From Marsupella aquatica (Eukaryota > Plantae > Marchantiophyta): DNA of 64,000 bases. The notes under the pieces were generated by a model. It had not been told where the DNA came from, searched no databases, and saw nothing but the letters and a program-made list of their open reading frames with translations. Below, piece after piece: positions 55,875 to 64,000 of this stretch (position 1 is its first letter; the number at the start of each line of letters is the position of its first letter). Location of the stretch: the NCBI GenBank assembly GCA_973895155.1, contig OZ316893.1, positions 22,727,844 through 22,791,843 of the forward strand, given 5' to 3'. The position numbers and the translations under genes were made by a program.

Positions 55875-57787
55875 GTTAAACCCACCCTCAGTGTATCTTC
55901 CCCTCCCTTTCAGATGACACCCACATCATCTGTCCACCCGCCACAGTTACTTCTGCCCTCGCCACCCTTTCCACCCATTTGATGGGCCTCGGTTTACGGG
56001 TTCAGCCTGTGAAGAGTCGTGCATGGAGTCCAATTGGGTTACCCTCTGATCTCGCACTTCCTCCTGGGTTCCTACGTCCAGCCAACGGCCTTCGGGTCCT
56101 TGGCTCCCCAGTCGGTACCGTCTCCTTTTGCTCATCTTTCATTGTTGACGCTCTACAGGCTGCTCTCGCCCCTACTCCTATGCTCCCTAAGTTAGCAGAC
56201 TCGCAGGCAGCATTTGGGATGTTGTTGAGATGCATCCACCCTCGTGCGTCTTATTTGGCTAGGACACAATCATCCCCCTACTGAGGATCTTTGTCTCCAC
56301 CTTTGAGCGTTTGATGTCTCCATTCGTGAGACTTTGGCCTCTCTTTTAGGGTCGGGTACGTTGCTCTCATCTCCGTGGCTTCTTCGACAGCTCAGTCTTC
56401 CTATTTCACAGGGTGGGTTTGGGCTTACTTCCATTGAGCGCCTTGCACCTTTGGCCTTTTTGGGCGCGTGGGTGGCCGCATTCTCATTGTTGGCCGATTG
56501 TTTCCTTATTGAGGATCGACCTTTTTTACTTTCGTCTCTCATGGAGGTAGAGGAGGGTTCCCTCCCATTTCAGGTTCTTTTGCGCGCGGCGCGGTCATCA
56601 TTACCAGATCCGGTTTGTGCTGCGTTACCTTCATTTCATGAGTTTTTATCCTTAGACCCCGTTCGTCTCCAGACAGACCTTGCTAGGCGTATGCACGCTT
56701 TCACCCTCTCCAGCATCCTCATCGAGGCACCTGACAGGGACCAAGCTCGGATTCTTTCTTCCGGAGGGAAGGGCGCAGGAGGCTGGCTTCAGGCCAATCC
56801 AGTCATTCCTCATCTGTGGATGTCTTCTGTGGAGTTCTCGACAGCCATGCGTCTTCGTATGGGGCTGCCCCACCCACTTCTTGCTGGTTTACCTCCTTCT
56901 TGTACTTGTGGGAAGCCTTGTGATGCCACAGGTGTCCATCTTCTTTGATGCAGTTTGGGAGGTGAAACCATTTTTGTTCATGACGCCGTGAGAGATGCGA
57001 CTGGTCAGGTTCTCTCTGGCTCTTTGGTTGGCGTGCGTCGTGAGGTGGTGCTCGAGTTACCTGGTCCCCCATCACAATGGTTACGGGTGGATCTTACCAT
57101 GGTCCGTGAGGGTCAACGTACTTTGGCAGATGTCGTGCTGGAAAACCCATTGTGCCAAGACATCATTGGGACAGCAGCAACAATGGCAGGGGCACCAGCA
57201 TCACGAGCGGCAACAGCAAAGGAGGCCAAATATGTTGCACGAGATTTATCTGATAGCTTCCTCCCCCTTGCTGTTGAGATATTTGGGCATCTCCATCATC
57301 AGTTCGACGGGCTTCTTCGACAAGCTGCTCGGGATGTTCATGGCTGACTGGGTCCCACCGGACCCCCACTATCTGTTTTGACCACGCACTTTCGCCAACG
57401 CATTTCAGTTACCTTACAGCGTGCTCAAGCTCGGGCCATCTATCGTCGCTCTTTGACAGTGGGTGCTAGTGTGCCTCCACAATGGCTAGCCCCCCTAGAG
57501 GACATTCCAGTCCCACTTGCCGATTTAGTTTTGACATTGGATGTGGACCATTAGCTTTTCGCCACATTTGCTAGAATGATGAGGACCTCGGTCCATTTGC
57601 GGTATTTTGTTTTTAGTTCCTCTTTCTTGGTTTTAGAGGTTTCCTTTTGCTCACTTCGTTTACGTTTGGTTTAGAGGTTTCCTTTTGCTCACTTCGTTTG
57701 GGTTTGGTTTTATCCACTTGGGACCTCTTCTGATTATTCTTTTGTACTCTGTTTGACCCTTTTTCTGTAAAAAGTTTGTTTTCTCTC
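55875..57787 (+). mobile_element. 5'-truncated CRE-clade-like non-LTR retrotransposon (RT C-terminus, Zn knuckle, restriction-like endonuclease), pseudogenised
   Basis: HPQCIFPSLSDDTHI, GLRVLGSPVG, LSLPISQGGFGL, CTCG...HLL*C...HDAVRD, RVDL...ADV, KEAKY, FLPLAVEIFG, ISVTLQRAQARAI. TSD TTTAAGACGG at 55865-55874 and 57788-57797. Confidence 0.88.
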
Positions 57788-58922
57788 TTTAAGACGGCCA
57801 AAAGGACAAGGTGGCTAGCTAACATTATAATTACATCTAGCCCAATACTAGTGCACATGCATTGGAAGCGCTCCCTAAACCCAGACTCCCCAAGGTGGTC
57901 TCTCTGCACAAGCATGGACTAAATATCGGCAATTTTTGTTGTCTCTTGCTTATGGCTTCACTCGACAGAGTATGTCCTCGGCTACCCCTCTCTACTCACA
58001 AGCATTGTCTAAATGTATGGTCTAAATATTAAAAAAAAATCTGATTCTGGCCTAGGGTTTCACTCGGCAAAGTAGGTCCTCCCAATACCCGTCACTCAGC
58101 ATGGTTTGGTTATCAAATTTTCTGGCACCAGAAAAATTCTGGCCTATAGTTTCCCCATAGTTTCACTAGTTAGAGTAGGTCATGAGCCCCAAAGTTAGGT
58201 TAAGAATTAAATTATAAGTGGCCTCTTGGAGTGAACCCTGAATCCTTCTTCATGGATACTCTAAAGTCCTATTCAGAGGGCATTACGGGATACAGTGCCC
58301 CCTCCCCCAAGAAAAAACCAAAAAAATACTAAGTCCTTCTTCATGTAACTGTTAAGTCCTGAGGGCATCACGGGGAAGCCCAAAAAACAAGAGGTTCATT
58401 TCCAATTTTGAGTTGTTATTTTTGTCCATAATGCTCTAGATATAAGACTTTACTGCACTTAAAGGTCTAATAGGTTTTAGAGTCAGTTTTTAAATATATT
58501 GTCACTAAAAATATTTGAATTTACCATACTCACACTCTTTTAATGCCATGGTTTTAGTATATAGTTTCCCTGGTTATCTTGGTAAATTTGTCATCCAAAT
58601 ACAAAACCATGGTAGTTTTATAAATACAAAAAACCAAAACCATGGCAGTTTCATAAATATAAAAAAGAACAGTGAAGGTTAGAACATCTTTTGTGGCAAA
58701 CCACTTAAAAGCGAGATGTATGCTTGATGGGCCCCCCGGTGAACCTTTCTTACCTGATGGGCCCCTAGGTAACTTTTTTTACCAAGTAGGACCCCTCTTA
58801 ATGACCAGTACACCTGTTCTTGTGTGGTGCCTACTATGAAGGGTGACTCCAAGCAAACTGCACAGTTGAACCGTGCGGTCAACCTTGCATGGTCGACCGA
58901 GAAACCACGGAGATGATTTGGG

Positions 58923-59454
58923 AGAAACCGCAAAAAGCAACTGCCGCTGTCGAAACTATGATTTGAAGACAATATGCATTATGTCTTCGGATTCAATGGG
59001 TTAATGCCTGAAGACTCAATGGATTATGTCTTCCCGTGTTTCAAGGTTTAGGGTTTAGGGTGTACCCCGACACCTTTGGGTCTGTCTTCTTTTGAAATTG
59101 TTTGTATGCATTGCACAGGGAGTATTACCATTTTTTGAGCGCAATTGTCAATCATTTGCCAATTTTTGTTGTGGCGGCAGTAGGCAAATTCTGAACATTG
59201 AACTTGAATATTCTTTGTGGACATTTGGAGGTACCCCACACTGACGTTGACAGTCGTGCATGAAAACATCATGAAAAACTCATGCGCGCAACATGAAAAA
59301 CATACCTAATAACTACCCCACGATACAGTAAAAATTTGAACCCGAAGACATAATCCATTGTGTTTTCAGGCATTAACCCAGTGAATTCGAAAATATAATG
59401 CATATTGTCTTCAAATCGCAATTTCGACAGCACCAGTTATTTTTTGCAGTTTCT
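58923..59454. mobile_element. MITE (Mutator-like) with about 120-bp TIRs
   Basis: AGAAACCGCAAAAA...ATTTGAAGACAATATGCATTAT...GGGTTAATGCCTGAA...GGATTATGTCTTC is mirrored at 59336-59454. Confidence 0.75.
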
Positions 59455-61412
59455 TTAGGAAGAGATGAATCTGCACCGGGGCATTATGCTCCACGAAAAG
59501 AAAAATACCGTGCGATTACAACACCCTGCAAAATAACGCGAAACAATTGACAGTTGGTGAGAATTATCCTAGGCTGAGTTGTGCCGAATGTGGTCAACTG
59601 GTCGGTGAGCGGGGATCACGGACCGGAATGGCCAACACCACTTTATCCCAAAGTACAGTACGAATAAATATTCCGCGTGTTTGCATGCTTCAGTTCCAAC
59701 CAATTTCATCACTGCCAAGTTGAATGTACAATGCAGGCTGGAATTAAGAGGCGTGCACCTTCTGCGCAGGTGAGAGCATCATATTCTAAACCAATTCCTT
59801 CACTGTGAAGTTGAATCTACAAAGTTGAATCTACAGCAATGCAAGCTGGAGCTCGACAAGAGCTGCTTCACCTTTTGAGCTGGTGAGATCGTCCGATTCT
59901 AACCAGTACTGTACAGATCGAATCTGGATCATGAGAATTTGTGACTGATGGTTTGCATTTCTGAGAGAGCTTTTTGACAGGCTGTTTTCTGTTCTTTCGG
60001 AAATCTGTCGTCATTACGTCGTCCCTAACACCCAATTCACCATTTGATCTTGTCACACCTGCCTTCTGAGCCGTCCCTGGACAGTACGCGGTACATGACT
60101 TCTGGCTCCAGGTTCCACTTTCTCACATCAGTCTGATGCAGTTTCAAAGAAATTGTGACAACAGGATGAGGCAGCTCACATTCTTGCAATGCATTCATCT
60201 TCTCAGGCTTTGGATTAGAACTCCTGATGATCCGCGGGCTAACTATCAAAACAACTACGATGGTTCAAAGCTTTTGATTCCTAAACTCTGGTCACTTCCT
60301 CATATCTCATGCAATTTGACGGACACTAGGAAGAGCTAGCACACAGCATTGGAGTGAATGATGGGCAAGGAAACCGAGACAGATCTCAGCAGTGTAAATG
60401 TGGCTTGCGAATCCCTAGAGCCTGCTTGTAAAGTTTGCTTCTGAATCCAGTTTGGATGGTGAATGTAAGTCCTGCATGAATGCTGCCACGAAGGCCTGCG
60501 AAGGAGGAAGCAAGTTGGAAATAATGCATTTATCGATAGGTTGGACCGTATGAATCGACATGTCAGTATGCCCATTGATAGATTCAATCAATGTGTATAT
60601 AATGTTGTTTGGAAGTGGTTCAAATCGATCAACGTGTAGGTAATTGTTTAGGAAATGGTTTAAAAGACGCAGGTGAGTGTTGTACTCTGTTTCGACGCGG
60701 ATCGATTTAAGGCACATACCGTAATTCTTCGGGTTCGATTCAGGTGGATGATTTCGTCTGGCGACGCATTTCACTTGGAGCCTTTTCCTACACTGTAGAA
60801 GACTCTGTCCCAATCGGTATATTAACCTCATGGCATGCAGACACGAGCATTGAGTCGAATTTGGCTTGTGAATCTTGGAATTCTGGTTGTGCTCTTGTTT
60901 TGACGGAGATGCCATACACAGGGCACAAACCAGCCAAGAATGGATGGATCCATTTGATAGATGAGTATTCATCACAGTAGTCAATCGAATCACAGGAGGT
61001 GTTATCAGAAATTCGAATGTGTCTCTGAACAGAATTGGCCTGTTGATGAGTTGGGTTTTCCCCTCCCACATACCAAAGATGCGTAATGGAATTGGATTTT
61101 TGGGAAATTCCGAGATCAGCCACGACAAGAGACCACGCAAGGTACCATGAATGCATTCACTGTACAAGAAAGGCAAAACCTGATCTAAAATGTGATCGAG
61201 GGACAAGTTCGAATAAACAGAGCTGGTGAGATGTCTGAATAAGTGTTCCTACAATGCGAAATGACTCTGATGAGCTATCTGAGAAAGCCAGTGGATCTTT
61301 ATTCACGTTTATGAAGACGCGAACATGGTTTTGCACGAGCACTTGATCCAGTTAATTTTCCCTTGAAAGATCTTTTCATTGGCAAAAGGAGAGGTTTTCA
61401 TTTGCAAAATGA

Positions 61413-62369
61413 GAGGTGTATGTTTGATGGGACCTTTGCCAAAACAAATTTAAGTCATGGGCCTTTACAAATTTGTTCTTACAAACTAATCCCCCCACAA
61501 AAGTGTTGTTACAAACTAGGCCCCTACATAGTTTCCATACACATGGTTCTTATGTGGTGCTTAACTGTATGCTCAACCATACATTTGCAATCGGACTCCA
61601 CCACACTTCGTGTCATAGTCTAGTGCACATACATCTATGCTTGAAGACATAATGTATTATTTCTTCACATGATTATAGAATTTTAAGGGATCCCTGCTAC
61701 TTGGTAAGGGGATTGTACAACATTTAGTCTAGTTCTTGAAGGCTATCAAAATTTTAGTGTTACGATTTCTCCATGTTATCTTTGTTTCACACTTCCACAA
61801 TTTTTGAAGTTGCAACAGGGCAACCAGGCAAAAGTAAAACCTTGGATCCTTCCATACTTAGACAAATTTGGGGTCTAGATGTGAGAAGACAACATCCATT
61901 GATGTTGTCTTCATTCCACACTTGGACAATTTTTGAACTTTGCACTAGGGGCCAATAACCCAAACTAGAGGATTCATTCCATAGTTAGACAAAAGAACAA
62001 AAGAAAATGTCAAAACATCATGTAAACCTTGTGCATAGGTTGCATGAAGCAACTTAAAGATGGATGGTATGGTAGAAATTCCAACCTGAAAATATGAACT
62101 ATATTGTCTTCACTTAGGAGTTCGCACTTTGCAATGGTTGCCACTACTCCGCGGTTCCCCCTATGTGTACTTTGTCATTTAGCATGGCTTGACTCTAAAC
62201 TTTATGGTAGCTCTTATTGGTGTTAATATCAAGCTGAAACTCCTTATAGGCACCTATACAAGAACATCTGACACAAAACTGCCAGAGGGGTCCTAGTTTG
62301 TAACAAAAGTTTGGTAAGGGCCTACCAAGTAAATTTGTTTAGGCAGGGGTCCTGTCAAGCATATACCCC
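61413..62369. mobile_element. Non-autonomous MULE with about 80-bp TIRs and degenerate 9-bp TSD
   Basis: GGTGTATGTTTGATGGGACCTTTGCCAAAACAAATTT...TTACAAACTA is mirrored at about 62286-62369. Flanks GCAAAATGA and ACAAAAAGA match at 7 of 9 positions. Confidence 0.65.
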
Positions 62370-62829
62370 ACAAAAAGAGGATCTAACTAGTGGCGCAAAG
62401 GGCAACACCTTGGGGGGACTAAAGTTCAAAAGTGCCCAGCACAATCATAGGAGCCCTTTTTGAATTCCATTCACAAAGAGAGGATGGAACTAGAGGCCAA
62501 AAGCACAACACCAGGGGGGACTAAAGGTCAAAAGTGCCCAACACAACCAGGGGGGCCAGCAGCAGGACAAACATCAAGCTTTTCAAACAAAAGTCAGCCC
62601 AAACAAGCTATTTAACTACTGAAGCAGGAGAAGCACACTCTATAAGACTGGCCACTGCTCAGGATCCAGCATTATAATATTTCTCCTTCCTTACATATTT
62701 GTGTGGACAGTTTTACATCTCATTCCTCTTAAAAGGCAGAAAACACACCAATTTTACTAACAACAGCCAAACAAAGTAAACAGTGTTAACAAATTGGGTG
62801 AAATAAAAGGTCATAGCTGTTGTTAACCC

Positions 62830-64000
62830 AAAGTAGAAGTAAATTCCTGAACCCACACAAGGTTGATGCATGAAACTCTTTGGAGGTCCCCGTGGAGATC
62901 ATGACACAAGGTTGATTCATGAAACTCTGAGGAGGTCATCCGGTAGTGCTGTGAATTCAATGCTGTCTTACTCTGGTAGTACTCCAAGAGAACTGTGGAT
63001 GACTTAGTCGAGCAACACACATCCCCAACCCCTAGCCTTCTGGCAATTTCAGTCCCCGTATATATTACAATCCTGAATAGTTCAACTAAGAGATGATGCT
63101 CACGCACCTTGGATCCATGCCTAAATAAGACTTTACTCACCTTGATTTAGCATCATTGCAAGCAATCATTCTTTGGGCTCTCATCTGTATCTATTTGGAG
63201 GTGGGAAGTTAGTGTCAATGATTTTGTTCATATCACTGCAGCCCCCTAAAAGGTGAACTCTAGGGGGTTGTTATTACGGAGAAGGGAATCAAATCAAAAT
63301 TTTGCATGACTATCAATTCACTTGATGGTGATTGAACTGATAAGTATTAGCACCAAGAGTTGGAAAGGAAGGAATATCGGTTCATCCTTTGGGCTCTCAT
63401 CTTATATTGCTCTAGGGGTGAACTCAAGCAGCCTGTTTAATCTGGATTTTCAGCTTGTTGCTGATGGAAATGATGAGTATTTTAATGGAGGGTTTCAAAG
63501 GAAGGAGAAATGTGGTATTACTGGCTTTACTGGAAAGTAGGTGCAACTCTGAATGATGAAAAATCAACCAGGCTTTACTTCTTCTCTTGTGGTGGGAAGT
63601 ATGGTACTGATGCCAATTTTACCGGAAGAAGAGGATTTTTGGAAAAAGAAGCCTGGATAGACCATTTGGAGAGAGGAATTCCAGGCCAGATCTTGTGGGC
63701 TTTATAAGAGAGTGAGGCCACAGGCCTATCACTTGTGTTAGAGTACCTGATCCACAGGTCCATTGACATGCTTCCTCGCATGCTTCCTCGTATGCTTCCT
63801 GACCAAAAATAGTGGTCATGTAGTGCATTTAATACTTCTTTATGACACAGGGATGTGCGTTGCCTTGTGGTGACTGGCTGCCTGGATTGCCCACTTCCGG
63901 ACAGAATGAGAGGTCCTTTCAAAGTACCACCCCAAGAGGTGGTCCAAACTTTGACCCAAACTACACTGTCCCCATAAGCATTTTGGGGACCCACTCCATG
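62830..64000 (-). mobile_element. Highly degraded LINE (L1-like) ORF2 C-terminal remnant
   Basis: Scattered peptides across frames: HYFWSG, LWIRY, and a HLF.GC-like zf-RVT trace near 63240-63255. Weak. Confidence 0.3.

Noticed and set aside
59045-59062. Interstitial telomere (TTTAGGG x2; also near 30340)
   Set aside because: Too short; such telo-box-like motifs are common.

Overview
Eukaryotic, intron-containing plant DNA; the gene content suggests a bryophyte such as a liverwort (inference only). There are three apparently intact host genes, all on the minus strand: two secreted class III peroxidases (9755-12268, 4 exons; 24198-26450, 3 exons) and one NHL/LEA_2-type membrane protein (35788-36576). 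Most of the rest is mobile DNA. The main finding is a 12.4-kb element (39296-51740) bounded by TTAA and 13-bp perfect terminal inverted repeats. It encodes a spliced Kolobok-type DDE transposase with a SAP-like module inserted after the DxxH motif, and a convergent KolX/P2X7-ballast-like ORF. It also carries apparent host cargo: intron-containing exons 1-3 of a CYP85-clan P450 and an F-box gene fragment. Also present are a cluster of related non-autonomous Helitrons (one with its empty site visible in the window), two copies of a 1.6-kb non-coding element (one with a 13-bp TSD), a 5'-truncated CRE-like LINE with a 10-bp TSD, several MITE/MULE-like elements and many tandem repeats. All calls were made by eye with no database search.
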